Assembly (NCBI GenBank): GCA_964494105.1
Contig: CAZBQI010000002.1
Location: 18,936 to 82,935, forward strand
Length of the DNA: 64,000 nucleotides
Direction: 5' to 3'
Source: an uncultured Candidatus Saccharibacteria bacterium
Lineage (GTDB): Bacteria; Patescibacteriota; Saccharimonadia; CAZBQI01
The first letter of the stretch is position 1, and each line of letters opens with the position of its first letter. Positions 49,668-59,617 of this stretch are shown piece after piece. Under the pieces are notes generated by a model, which ran no database searches, was not told where the DNA came from, and saw only the letters and a list, made by a program, of their open reading frames with translations. The position numbers were made by a program, and so were the translations under genes.

Positions 49668-50990
49668 TTAAGGGCTTAACCTTTGCATATCACGCGGGAA
49701 AAGTGCAGCCTCTTTAACATTATCAAGCCCAATGAGTTTCTCTACCGTTCGTTCAAGACCCCAACCAAAACCACCGTGCGGAGGCATTCCGTAAAGGTAT
49801 GCACTAATCAGTGGGGCATAGCCAGGGTCTTTCGGGTCACCACCGCCGGACTTAAGTTGCTCAACTAGTTTTTCGTAGCGGTTTTCTCGCATACTTAGAG
49901 TAGATATTTCAACACCGCGAAATAGCAAATCTGCACGCTCAGCAAATTCTGGTGATTCCTCCGACGCTTTATGATAAAACTTAAAGGTTTTACTTTTTGC
50001 CGACCAGCCGGTAACGATAACGGCTTCCGATTTGTGAGTTTTTGCGCTCCACTCACAGATCCAGCGTTCTTCGGCCGGTGAAAGATCATCCTCGTCGCGG
50101 TAGTCTTTTTTCGTTGCCTTGAAAAACTGATCATGGATATCCTTAATCGAAACCCGCGGTATTTCGCTAGGCTTAGACGGCAGTATAAAATCCTTCGCTT
50201 GCCACCGGCTCAACTCTGAAGCGCAATCTGCTTGTACCGATTTGGCAACAAATATAAGAGCACCGCCGGCAAAGTTTAGTAGTTCATCGAGATTTATAAA
50301 GCCCATCTCTGCATCTATTGATATGTATTCAGTCATGTGCCGAGTTGTTGCACTCGGTTCAGCTCTGTACACCGGAGCAATTTCGTATACTCGCTCAAAT
50401 ACTCCAACCATTATTTGCTTGTAAAACTGAGGACTTTGCGCCAATGTCGCCTCTTTGCCAAAGTGATCAAGCTTGAATACTTCTGTGCCACCTTCGGTTG
50501 CTTCCGCTAAGAGCTTAGGTGTTTTAATCTCTATGAATTCATTTTTGGCAAAATACTCACGAAAGGCCTGGAGCACTTTAGCCTGCACCCTAAAAACTGC
50601 TTGCTCTTGCAGATTACGCAAGCCAATCGGTCGATAATCAAAAAGCGTATCAAGATTATCGCTTTTGTGACTTAGTGGTTTGTCAATTTCAATTGGTGGC
50701 TCGGCAGTCACCGGAACTTGTACATTTAGCTTTGGCTGATGAAGCTCTACCCCACCCGGAGCTCGTTCATCTTTTTCAGCCTTTCCCGTTACTTCTAGCA
50801 CCGTGCCGATTTGCATGCCTCGAAGTTTTTCCATTTCATCTTCTTGATCTACTAAAATCTGGGTTAGCCCGGTACGATCACGAAGCAACAAAAAATTAAG
50901 CCCACCAAGCTTGCGCTTCTTGTGAAGCCAGCCTTTAATTGTGACTTCTTTACCGACGGCGTCTGCCAGCTGTGATGATAGTGTTCGCAT
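49668..50990 (-). CDS. aspS: Aspartyl-tRNA synthetase, short type (probably non-discriminating)
   Basis: OB fold, LAQSPQFYKQ, YRAE, GMPPHGG.G.GLER; no GAD insertion. Confidence 0.9.
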   Translation of the reverse strand: MRTLSSQLADAVGKEVTIKGWLHKKRKLGGLNFLLLRDRTGLTQILVDQEDEMEKLRGMQIGTVLEVTGKAEKDERAPGGVELHQPKLNVQVPVTAEPPIEIDKPLSHKSDNLDTLFDYRPIGLRNLQEQAVFRVQAKVLQAFREYFAKNEFIEIKTPKLLAEATEGGTEVFKLDHFGKEATLAQSPQFYKQIMVGVFERVYEIAPVYRAEPSATTRHMTEYISIDAEMGFINLDELLNFAGGALIFVAKSVQADCASELSRWQAKDFILPSKPSEIPRVSIKDIHDQFFKATKKDYRDEDDLSPAEERWICEWSAKTHKSEAVIVTGWSAKSKTFKFYHKASEESPEFAERADLLFRGVEISTLSMRENRYEKLVEQLKSGGGDPKDPGYAPLISAYLYGMPPHGGFGWGLERTVEKLIGLDNVKEAALFPRDMQRLSP

Positions 50991-51076
50991 ATATCATCTA
51001 TTGTACCCTGTCATCATCACTTGACTCAAACAGCGGTTATTTCTATCAACAGTAATTATTTGCTAGTATGTAGTTA

Positions 51077-51721
51077 ATGTCGAAAACTTTCTGGATAATT
51101 CTAGCTATACTAGTCGCCGGTTTAATAGGGATATTTGCAGTCGCAAATCGTAGTTCAGAAGCACCCAAAGAAGAAATCTCAAATCCAACGGCAATAAGAG
51201 AAAGTGATCATGTAGAAGGACCGGCAGACGCAAAAGTCACACTTGTTGAATATGGTGACTTCCAGTGCCCGGCTTGTGCGGCTTCATTCAAAATAGTTAA
51301 GGAACTCCGAACACAGTACCAAGATAAAGCCAGGTTTGTATTTCGCCACTTTCCGCTGAGTAATATTCATCCAAATGCTATGGCTGCCTCGCGCGCTGCT
51401 GAAGCCGCCGGTATGCAGGGCAAGTTTTTTGAAATGCATGACCTATTATATGAGAATCAGAAAGAATGGAGCACAAGCACTAATGCAGGTGAATTTTTTA
51501 ATCAATATGCACAAGAGATTGGTATAAACGTTGATCAATTCGAAAAAGATAGCAATTCCTCTGAGACAATTGACGCCATTAATCAAGATATCGCTATCAG
51601 CAAATCACTACAGATTAGCGCTACGCCAACATTTTACATCAACGATCAGAAATTAGAGTCGTTGCCCCGTTCACTGGCAGAATTTAAGGCAAAGTTAGAC
51701 GAGGCTCTTAATAAGCCTTAG
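51077..51721 (+). CDS. DsbA family thiol-disulfide oxidoreductase
   Basis: EYGDFQCPAC, FRHFPL, ATPTF. Confidence 0.92.
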   Translation: MSKTFWIILAILVAGLIGIFAVANRSSEAPKEEISNPTAIRESDHVEGPADAKVTLVEYGDFQCPACAASFKIVKELRTQYQDKARFVFRHFPLSNIHPNAMAASRAAEAAGMQGKFFEMHDLLYENQKEWSTSTNAGEFFNQYAQEIGINVDQFEKDSNSSETIDAINQDIAISKSLQISATPTFYINDQKLESLPRSLAEFKAKLDEALNKP

Positions 51722-51728
51722 CTCTAGG

Positions 51729-52304
51729 CTATTTAACAAGCTTGGCTTCAATCACCTCTCGACCATCACTACTACCCGATAACGTACATGAATAAAGGGT
51801 TAAGCGAGACTCGCTAACGTTCTCGATTTCTGTTTGATTTGGTTTTACTTTGTAGATTTTTTCGATTCTGTATTTGTATTTTTTTCCATTCCAGTGAACT
51901 TCAATTTCATCTCCGGTTACAAGCTTATTGATATCGTAGAATACACTAGCTTCTTTTACCAAATTTGGGGTTTGCGCAAACTTAAACCGATGACCGGTTA
52001 ATATAAAATTTCCACCCATTTCCGGATCACCTCGTTCTGGATATCTGTGCCATACGCCTTTTTCTAAAACAGAATTATCACCTTCTAATATTTCGCGATT
52101 TACATTTATCTTCTTGATGATTACTCGATTTTCTTTAGCTACCTCGATATTCGATAGCTTTTTTGTAGGAATTAAGGTCGGCGCATTTAATAAAATCAAC
52201 AAATACAAACCGCCGGTAACTAAAATAGCGGAAAGCAAGGCCATGGCGAATATCACTTTTTTTGAACGAAAGCGCCCTGCTTTCGTCTGAGCTTTGTTGC
52301 TCAT
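51729..52304 (-). CDS. Sortase (class D/E-like)
   Basis: N-terminal TM; His in LTGHR, Cys in TLYSCT, Arg in GREV. Confidence 0.88.
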   Translation of the reverse strand: MSNKAQTKAGRFRSKKVIFAMALLSAILVTGGLYLLILLNAPTLIPTKKLSNIEVAKENRVIIKKINVNREILEGDNSVLEKGVWHRYPERGDPEMGGNFILTGHRFKFAQTPNLVKEASVFYDINKLVTGDEIEVHWNGKKYKYRIEKIYKVKPNQTEIENVSESRLTLYSCTLSGSSDGREVIEAKLVK

Positions 52305-52777
52305 CTTAAATTGTTAGTCGGCTGCTGATTTTGAGGTTTTTCTTCTATTTGAAACGCACCCACATTAACGATTAGTTTTCGCTCTGGACTGTAGATGTAA
52401 GCTTTTTTAGCATTGGCAAAAACCACAACTCTATCACCATTCTTGGCATCTTTGTAAAAATCTTTGTCCTTTAGTTGGTTTATATCTGTAATGGTTGCAA
52501 CCACAGGATCTTCATTTGTAGGCATAATAATTATTTGTCGCATTTCGCCTAGTAACTCTTGGGTTTGAGTCTTACTCAGTTCTTGCTGACCCTGAACAGT
52601 TGATAGTTTTTCAACTTCCTTTCTAGTTTCGGCATATTTTGTGTAAAGGAAAGCAACACCACCAGCAAGAGCGAGCAAAATTAGTAAAATTAAAAGCCAA
52701 AGTAACTTGCTTTTAACTGACTTCTTGGATTTCTTATTGTGATTCGAATTTGGTAATGTCGCTTCTAGATCTGCCAT
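52301..52777 (-). CDS. Hypothetical membrane-anchored protein
   Basis: TM, coiled coil, EDPVVATI...FYKDAKNGD...AYIYSP. Confidence 0.75.
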   Translation of the reverse strand: MADLEATLPNSNHNKKSKKSVKSKLLWLLILLILLALAGGVAFLYTKYAETRKEVEKLSTVQGQQELSKTQTQELLGEMRQIIIMPTNEDPVVATITDINQLKDKDFYKDAKNGDRVVVFANAKKAYIYSPERKLIVNVGAFQIEEKPQNQQPTNNLR

Positions 52778-52794
52778 ATGAGTCTCCTGCTACG

Positions 52795-53640
52795 TTATTT
52801 CTTTATTCGGATACTATTAATTTTACCATGATTTAAGCCGTATATTCCGAATATTCCAGATGTAACTAAGGCAAATGCAACAAAAAGAATTAGTCGCGTA
52901 CTACCGCCGGTATCGGCCAAAACTGGCGTAGAACTAGACGCTTGATTTACTGTCGCATTGGCACAATTGGCATCATCATACGTAAGTGTAACCGAGGGTA
53001 GGGTCTCTGTAGTGTTGGCTTGTGAACCATTTGGCGGATCAAAAATTAAGCCCTCAATGATTTCGACGTTTGAGATAACAAACAAATTACTCAAATTCCC
53101 AAAGGTAGTGGCGTACGAGCCACCGGGATGAGTAAATACACTACCAACATTTGTATTACTGCTAACAGAAAGATAGGGAGTAGAAGGCCCCGATACATCA
53201 AAGAGTGCATGACTTGAATTATTTGAGGCCGGATTTGGAATGGTGCCGCTCATGGCAACTATGGTTGAAACAGACGGGCCAACAGCAACGGTCACCGGCG
53301 TTGAACTGGGGCAATTTGTGGCAGTTGACACTACCGCAAAAGCGCCGATTTCGTGCACGGTATTATCTGTTCCGGTGGCTAATGGCTGCGCGTTTAGGCC
53401 GGGGTTAAAGTTGGTGCTTGGTGCGTTTCGCAGTGAAAATGTTGTATCAGTGTTCGGCGCAGCCGAAGCATCGCCGCCGGCTTGAGCAATTGCCAATACA
53501 GTAGCGTTTGGTGCACCCCAGCCGGAGGGAGGAGTAACAACTTCATTTACAGTTGCAGCCTGTACCGAAGTAATGGGTAACAATGATGCCGGTAGCATCA
53601 GTGCCAATCCTAAAATTATGTTTAACAGCTTCTTGACCAT
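52795..53640 (-). CDS. Surface protein with LADTG sorting signal
   Basis: Signal peptide, LADTG, TM and basic tail; SD GGAG before ATG 53640. Confidence 0.8.
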   Translation of the reverse strand: MVKKLLNIILGLALMLPASLLPITSVQAATVNEVVTPPSGWGAPNATVLAIAQAGGDASAAPNTDTTFSLRNAPSTNFNPGLNAQPLATGTDNTVHEIGAFAVVSTATNCPSSTPVTVAVGPSVSTIVAMSGTIPNPASNNSSHALFDVSGPSTPYLSVSSNTNVGSVFTHPGGSYATTFGNLSNLFVISNVEIIEGLIFDPPNGSQANTTETLPSVTLTYDDANCANATVNQASSSTPVLADTGGSTRLILFVAFALVTSGIFGIYGLNHGKINSIRIKK

Positions 53641-53728
53641 TTTTATTTGCTCCACTAAGCGACAACTCACTTGTATAAACCTATTGTAACATAAAATGCT
53701 TACGGCAACAGCTTAGATGTACTAATTA

Positions 53729-53836
53729 TTACAACAGTATTTTATGCTGGCGCAGAACAAAAATGCCGGCTATGCCCGAGGCAATTAGGCTGAAGGCAAA
53801 GTAAATTGCAAGCTTGGAGCTATCGCCGGTGTCGGC
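53729..53836. repeat. 108-bp direct repeat with 55221-55328 (sorting-signal coding region)
   Basis: Ungapped alignment; the 63-bp core 53774-53836 vs 55266-55328 has 2 mismatches. Confidence 0.9.
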
Positions 53837-55105
53837 AAGTTCCTCGCTGCTAGCGGCAGCTAGGGTAAAGCTAACAGAGGTGGTGGCAGTTTGGTTAGGG
53901 CCAAATGCAAACTGCCGCGGACTATCACCAACCGCAATTGTACCCGTAGTAACTAGAGTTGTCGGATTACGCACACTTATCTGATCTAGTCCTGCCTCCG
54001 ATACATACAGTTTTGAGAAATCACTAGTAAATGCAGGGAAATATGGTGTTGAGCCAGCTCCAGTATTTACGGTACTAGTTACAGTATTTGAGTTTGTATT
54101 GATAATTGAAATATTGTCGGATGTGGCATTTGCAACCAATAATAATGATTGGTCTTGGTTAAATGCGCTCCCAAGCGGTCCATCCCCAACACTAATAGCA
54201 CTGCCGGAAGTTTCCGTCTGGGTATTGTAAGGCGTTGCTGAGTCTCCACCATTAGAAATAGAGTAGCCGTGTATGTTGTCGGATTTAAGGGGTCCACCTC
54301 CACCAGACGAGGCAAAGGTGCTTAATTGTGTATTTGTAGCAATATTTATCACAGACATCGTACCGCTACCAACATTTGCAACATACACACGCGATGAATC
54401 AGAGCTCATAGCAGGGTAAGCTGGGAAATTTTGGTTATAGCCTGTTACGGCAGCCGAGATTGTAGGGTCAGCTGAGCTATAACGTGTCACAGTGCCACCG
54501 CTAAAATCCCCTGCCTCCGAACTAACATAAAAATAAGTGCCATCGGGCGTGTAATTCACTGCAATTGCATGGGCGCCCGCAGCTGTTAGGTTATGAGTAA
54601 TTACCGGCACCTCCGGGTTACTTAAACTCCAGACCTTTATTGCATTTGCGCCAAATCCAGAGACACTAACCATTTGTGTACCACTTGGGCTAACCACCAC
54701 GTTGTTTTGACTAACACTAGAGCTAATATCGGCACCAATCTTTTCATCGGTGACTGCGTTTATGACAGAGATTGTGGAATCTCCAGAATTTGGCACATAA
54801 GCATACTGCACACTCGCCGTCGCCTCAATTGTTTTAGCGCCTGCGCTCTGGCCCGTAACATTAAGGCTCCAGTTGCCCGAGTTGTCTGAAGTGGTGGTGC
54901 CAACGGCGGTGCCGTTGACCTTGACTGTAATGGCGCGCTTGGCGGTGGCAGTACCGGTAACGGTAAAACTTGTGCCGATGGCGGTAGAGCCATTGCTTGG
55001 CGAGGTAATCGCAACTGAAGTGGCAGCCGAGACAGCTAAAGGCATGAACGCCATTGTAGCAACCAGTAAAACTGCAGCTACAAATGAAGTGAGCCTTTTG
55101 AACAT
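53729..55105 (-). CDS. Surface protein: Ig-like domain plus YVTN/YncE beta-propeller, LADTG anchor
   Basis: AYVPNSGDSTISVIN and VYVANVGSGTMSVIN repeats, IAVGDSP, LADTG-TM-RQHK. Confidence 0.85.
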   Translation of the reverse strand: MFKRLTSFVAAVLLVATMAFMPLAVSAATSVAITSPSNGSTAIGTSFTVTGTATAKRAITVKVNGTAVGTTTSDNSGNWSLNVTGQSAGAKTIEATASVQYAYVPNSGDSTISVINAVTDEKIGADISSSVSQNNVVVSPSGTQMVSVSGFGANAIKVWSLSNPEVPVITHNLTAAGAHAIAVNYTPDGTYFYVSSEAGDFSGGTVTRYSSADPTISAAVTGYNQNFPAYPAMSSDSSRVYVANVGSGTMSVINIATNTQLSTFASSGGGGPLKSDNIHGYSISNGGDSATPYNTQTETSGSAISVGDGPLGSAFNQDQSLLLVANATSDNISIINTNSNTVTSTVNTGAGSTPYFPAFTSDFSKLYVSEAGLDQISVRNPTTLVTTGTIAVGDSPRQFAFGPNQTATTSVSFTLAAASSEELADTGDSSKLAIYFAFSLIASGIAGIFVLRQHKILL

Positions 55106-55220
55106 TGTTTGTTTCTCCTCAATTAACTTCTCTTAACTCTGTCACACATTTTAACACAAATCGCTTGTGGTTCACCAAGGCTAAGACTGCTCGTGGCGTT
55201 AAGGTTGCTTGAATCTGTTC

Positions 55221-56300
55221 TTACAGCAGTTTTTTGTGTCGACGTAGAACAAATGTCCCAGCTACGCCCGAGGCAACTAGGCTGAAGGCAAAGTAAAGTG
55301 CAAGCTTGGAGCTATCGCCGGTGTCGGCTAGAGTCGCCCCTGATTCAGTAACTGTAATTGTGACTGTTACGGTAGTGGTGCCACCATTACCGTCGCTAAC
55401 TTGTACCGTAAGTGTGTATTTTCCCGCTGGCACATTTGCCCTTGTGGTGGTGATGTTGCCGTTAGCCGAGTTAATAGCAAAGTAGCCGGCGCCATTACCA
55501 GCGGTTATGCTGTAAGCTAGAGTGTCGCCATTTGGATCTGTAGCACTATAGCTTGATCCGTTTACAATAACTGCTCCATTTGCAGTAGCTGAAGAAACAA
55601 TTGTTGTGGAGACACTCGCATTAGACACCACCGGAGCTAATGGGCAGGTAGCGTTGTCGTAACTGAGAGTGATTGTTGGTAAGCCTAACACGGCAGTACC
55701 TTGATAATGAGTACCGCCAGAAAATGTAACAGCCTCAAAGTTAACAAACGAAGCAATATTGGCTAAGTTTCCAGCGGTTGTGCTCATAGTCTGGCCACTC
55801 CCTGACGCACTGTACATTCCATTGGTATCACGAGAAGTCTGATTATAACCGGCAAGAGTAACTCCTCCGTTGATATCAACTAATGCACTCACAATTGTGT
55901 ATTCATCATTACCTGGTTGGGCATTTTGAAGTTCGCGGGTGTAGCTGCTAAACGTTACATCTACCGGCGTATTGCTCGAGCAGGTGCTAAGTACAGAAGG
56001 AATAGTAATCATAGAAAATTCATTACCCGACCCACCGGCTGGCTCCGGGCTATCTAGCCCCGGATTTATTACTGTACCCGGAGTGTTACGAGATGCAATT
56101 GTAACATTTGGAAGCGTTGTGCCGGCCTGTGCTATAGCAAGGAACCCCCCGCTACCGGGTTGCCAGGCTGTAGGGGTAACAGTTTCGGTAACCGCCAACG
56201 CATGAACAGACGTAGTTGATAAAAACATTGGCGCTATAGAACCAATTGTAAATACCACTAAGGTGATAATTAATTTTAGTTTATCTGCTAGGTTGCTCAT
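55221..56300 (-). CDS. Surface protein with cadherin-like domain and LADTG anchor
   Basis: ATDPNGDTLAYSIT..N...YFAINS..G.IT...YTLTVQVSDG; LADTG-TM-RRHKK. Confidence 0.85.
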   Translation of the reverse strand: MSNLADKLKLIITLVVFTIGSIAPMFLSTTSVHALAVTETVTPTAWQPGSGGFLAIAQAGTTLPNVTIASRNTPGTVINPGLDSPEPAGGSGNEFSMITIPSVLSTCSSNTPVDVTFSSYTRELQNAQPGNDEYTIVSALVDINGGVTLAGYNQTSRDTNGMYSASGSGQTMSTTAGNLANIASFVNFEAVTFSGGTHYQGTAVLGLPTITLSYDNATCPLAPVVSNASVSTTIVSSATANGAVIVNGSSYSATDPNGDTLAYSITAGNGAGYFAINSANGNITTTRANVPAGKYTLTVQVSDGNGGTTTVTVTITVTESGATLADTGDSSKLALYFAFSLVASGVAGTFVLRRHKKLL

Positions 56301-56394
56301 AGTTTTCGTTTTCTTTTGTTGTTTTTTAAATTATTTATAACTATACACTAAATTTATCTAAATCAACAGATGAAGCTTATGTTAAAATTACAAA

Positions 56395-57612
56395 ATGACG
56401 AGAACAATAAAACTTCGTCGTAGCCTTACGCTTCCGCTTGTAACACTATACGGGCTTGGTAACATTTTAGGCGCCGGTATATATGTTTTAGTTGGCAAGG
56501 TAGCTGGCTTTGCCGGTGGTGGCACCACCATGTCATTCCTGCTTGCAATGATAATAGCCGGCATCACGGCCTTCTCGTACATGGAACTGGCCGGGCGGTT
56601 CCCGGTAAGCGCCAGCGTATCAGTATATCTACACAAAGCATTTGGTCGGCGATGGCTTTCGGTACTAATTGGGCTGATTATGGTTGGTGGCGGCATAACA
56701 TCGGCAGCAGTATTGTCGAAAGGCTTCGCCGGCTATTTGAGTGTATTTATTCCCCTGCCAACACTTATCGCCAGTACCGGCCTTTTGATTTTGCTCGGCT
56801 ACCTAGCATATAGAGGCATGGGAGAATCAGCAATAATCGCCAGCATCTTTACTGTCGCTGAAATTGCCGGATTAGCCTTAGTCATCAATAGCGGGAAGCA
56901 GTACTTGTCTCAAATCAACATAAGTGATGTTTTTCAGATAGATTCAGGTCTGGGCTTAGCCGGTATTATGATGGGTGCGTTTTTAGCTTTTTATGCGTTT
57001 ATTGGATTCGAAGATATGGTTAATGTCTCGGAAGAGGTAAAAAATCCACGTCGCACAATGCCGATAGCAATATTGCTATCCCTTATTCTTTCAACCATTT
57101 TATATTTGCTTGTGGTGATTATTTCACTAGCCGTTGTTAGTCCGGACGAACTAGCAGCCAGTAGTGCCCCGCTAAGTCTAGTATACGAAAGCGCCACATC
57201 GAACGCGCCGGTTTTTATTAGTGCTATTGGTATAGCTGCTGCTATAAATGGCGTTATTGTGCAAATAATAATGGGGTCGCGTATTTTATATGGCCTCGCT
57301 AAGCAAGGCTGGCTACACAAAGAACTAGCAAAACTGCATAAGGTGCGTCGCACCCCCGTATTAGCAACTGTTTTTGTGACTTCACTAATGATTATTGCCG
57401 GTCTGCTATTGCCTTTGGTGGCTTTGGCAGAACTTACCAGTTTCTTAGTATTAGTCGTATTTTGTCTGGTGAATGTATCTTTACTAAAAATAAAAAGTCA
57501 GCATAAAAATCACGGTGGGTTTATTACCGTACCAAAGATAGTCCCCATAATCGGAGCACTCAGTTGTCTGTTAATGATTGGTTATCAAATATTTACCCAG
57601 ATAAAGTACTAA
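56395..57612 (+). CDS. APC family amino acid permease
   Basis: GNILGAGIY, FYAFIGFED, EEVKNPRR.MP. Confidence 0.9.
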   Translation: MTRTIKLRRSLTLPLVTLYGLGNILGAGIYVLVGKVAGFAGGGTTMSFLLAMIIAGITAFSYMELAGRFPVSASVSVYLHKAFGRRWLSVLIGLIMVGGGITSAAVLSKGFAGYLSVFIPLPTLIASTGLLILLGYLAYRGMGESAIIASIFTVAEIAGLALVINSGKQYLSQINISDVFQIDSGLGLAGIMMGAFLAFYAFIGFEDMVNVSEEVKNPRRTMPIAILLSLILSTILYLLVVIISLAVVSPDELAASSAPLSLVYESATSNAPVFISAIGIAAAINGVIVQIIMGSRILYGLAKQGWLHKELAKLHKVRRTPVLATVFVTSLMIIAGLLLPLVALAELTSFLVLVVFCLVNVSLLKIKSQHKNHGGFITVPKIVPIIGALSCLLMIGYQIFTQIKY

Positions 57613-57701
57613 CTTAAAACGCCTTTATCGTAACTTTAGGGAAGATTTTTTATCTGATGTTCTTGCTCTCTCAAAAACCAACAATTAGTTTTGCGAAAAA
57701 C

Positions 57702-59384
57702 TCAGACTGACTCATTTAGCAGGTTATGAGTATGTTTTTCCTTGAGAGCATTGAATTCTCCCTGCTTAAAACCATGCCGATCGATAAGCTTGCTAACGCG
57801 TTCACTGCTAACATGGTGGGGCATCATAACGTAATTAGCTCCAGCCTCATAAAGCTCCAGTGCGTCTTCTGTATTGTCACTGCGAATGCTACCAATAATA
57901 ACAGCCTTTTTGTTTTGGTAGCGAACGTGATTAACAATTAAATTGTTAGTATTATGATCTGTTACGTTTACTACGACTAGCTTAGTTTTATCCAAATTAA
58001 GTTCGTCTAGAAATTCACTATCGTTAGCATCCCCATAACGACACGGAACTCCACGTGCCGTTAGCCAATCAATAGTTTCCGGGTCAAAATCTACAACCAA
58101 GTATCGATGACTGAGCTTTCTGAATGATTCTATAAATTTATGACTCCCCCCGCGATAGCCAAACAGCACACAATCGTAACTGTATCCACGAGCACGTTCA
58201 CTACGTAAGTTTTTTCGCTCAAACAAAGAGAGCAAAGGCGAAAATAACTTTAATAACTTATCGTCATAAATTATGAAATAGGTTGAAACCGCAATGGTAA
58301 TAGCGCTCACTTGAGTCAAAACACTTGCTACATTCTGGCCAACCTGACCCATTTGTACCCCAAGCAGAACCAGTACTATGGAGAATTCACTAATTTGAGA
58401 TAATGTCACTCCAGCCTTAAAACTCGTCTTCTTTGTATAGCCCAGTATGCCCATAAGTGCCATTATTATCAGTGGTTTAAAGACTAGTACAAATAGACTT
58501 ATTATTAGAGCAGGAATAAAAGTTGTAATTATATTGTTGAATGTCATTGTAGAGCCAAGGACAATAAAGAAAATAATAATAAAGAAATCCCTAAGCGGGC
58601 GCATACGTGAGCTTATTTCGTAACTATATGGGGTGGCTGCTAGTGCGACGCCAGCAGCTAAGGCGCCAATTTCTACCGAGAACCCTAAGGTCTGGCAAAG
58701 CGCCGCAACACCCAAGCCCCATCCAATTGCAAATAGAAACAGAAATTCTTGACTCTTTGCAAAAAAACCAGAGAGTTTTGGCATTACGTAAACCGCAATT
58801 AGCGTTGTGCCTAAAACGAATAAACCTCCCTTAACAAATGTGTTGAATGCGAGTGAACCCAGGCTATTTGAGTTATTTACGCCAGCAGCAGCTATTAGTA
58901 CCAAAGCCGCAACAACATCCTGCACAAGCAAAAAACCGGTAGCCACCTTGCCATGCAAACGACCCAGCTCCTTGCTATCGCTTAGCAATTTCAACACAAT
59001 AATCGTACTACTAAAGGCTGTTGCCACACCGATATATAGTGCGGACACCGTTCCAAAACCCAGTAGTCTACCCAGGGCAAAGCCAGCAACACTGGTAATA
59101 ATTATTTGGCTTATACCGCCAATTAGTGCGATCTTACCTACTTCACGCACAACTCGAGGGTTCAGACCGATACCAATAATAAAAAGCAGCAAAGCAATAC
59201 CTAGGTGGGAGAATAAATCAATTACATCATTCGACTGCACCAGGTTAAGAAATGTCGGACCAACTAACAAGCCGGTAAGTATGTAGCCAATTATTAGTGG
59301 CTGCCGAAGCAAGCGCATAACTGCCGCCACCCCAGTCGCAACCACCAAAATCAGACTTAATTCTACGAACACATCTGATTGCAT
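57702..59384 (-). CDS. CPA2 cation:proton antiporter with TrkA-N domain (Kef-like)
   Basis: FSSTIIV.K, LLVQD, QISEFS; C-terminal YGDA KTN domain. Confidence 0.9.
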   Translation of the reverse strand: MQSDVFVELSLILVVATGVAAVMRLLRQPLIIGYILTGLLVGPTFLNLVQSNDVIDLFSHLGIALLLFIIGIGLNPRVVREVGKIALIGGISQIIITSVAGFALGRLLGFGTVSALYIGVATAFSSTIIVLKLLSDSKELGRLHGKVATGFLLVQDVVAALVLIAAAGVNNSNSLGSLAFNTFVKGGLFVLGTTLIAVYVMPKLSGFFAKSQEFLFLFAIGWGLGVAALCQTLGFSVEIGALAAGVALAATPYSYEISSRMRPLRDFFIIIFFIVLGSTMTFNNIITTFIPALIISLFVLVFKPLIIMALMGILGYTKKTSFKAGVTLSQISEFSIVLVLLGVQMGQVGQNVASVLTQVSAITIAVSTYFIIYDDKLLKLFSPLLSLFERKNLRSERARGYSYDCVLFGYRGGSHKFIESFRKLSHRYLVVDFDPETIDWLTARGVPCRYGDANDSEFLDELNLDKTKLVVVNVTDHNTNNLIVNHVRYQNKKAVIIGSIRSDNTEDALELYEAGANYVMMPHHVSSERVSKLIDRHGFKQGEFNALKEKHTHNLLNESV

Positions 59385-59414
59385 ACTTCTATAGTACTAA
59401 AAAGATCGTGTTAA

Positions 59415-59483
59415 CTATACTTTTTGCGCAAGATTTACTTTTACTTGGTAAAGCTGCGGGCGATAGACTAGCTTAATAGCCAT
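59415..59483 (-). CDS. Putative 22-aa peptide MAIKLVYRPQLYQVKVNLAQKV
   Basis: Strong SD AAAGGAG and an upstream TTGACA-N18-CATAAT promoter. Confidence 0.45.
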   Translation of the reverse strand: MAIKLVYRPQLYQVKVNLAQKV

Positions 59484-59617
59484 AATGCCTCTCCTTTTGT
59501 TTATTTTTAATGTTTTGTCGAGCTATTTTTTGCTCGTATTTTGTTTTTGTATGGAGAGTTTTTTGCTCTCTTTAACAATGTCTATATTATGGGGCTTATG
59601 TTTATATAATGTCAAGT

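Noticed and set aside
53729-55328. Diversity-generating retroelement TR/VR pair
   Set aside because: Mismatches are not adenine-specific, both copies encode sorting signals, and no reverse transcriptase is in the window
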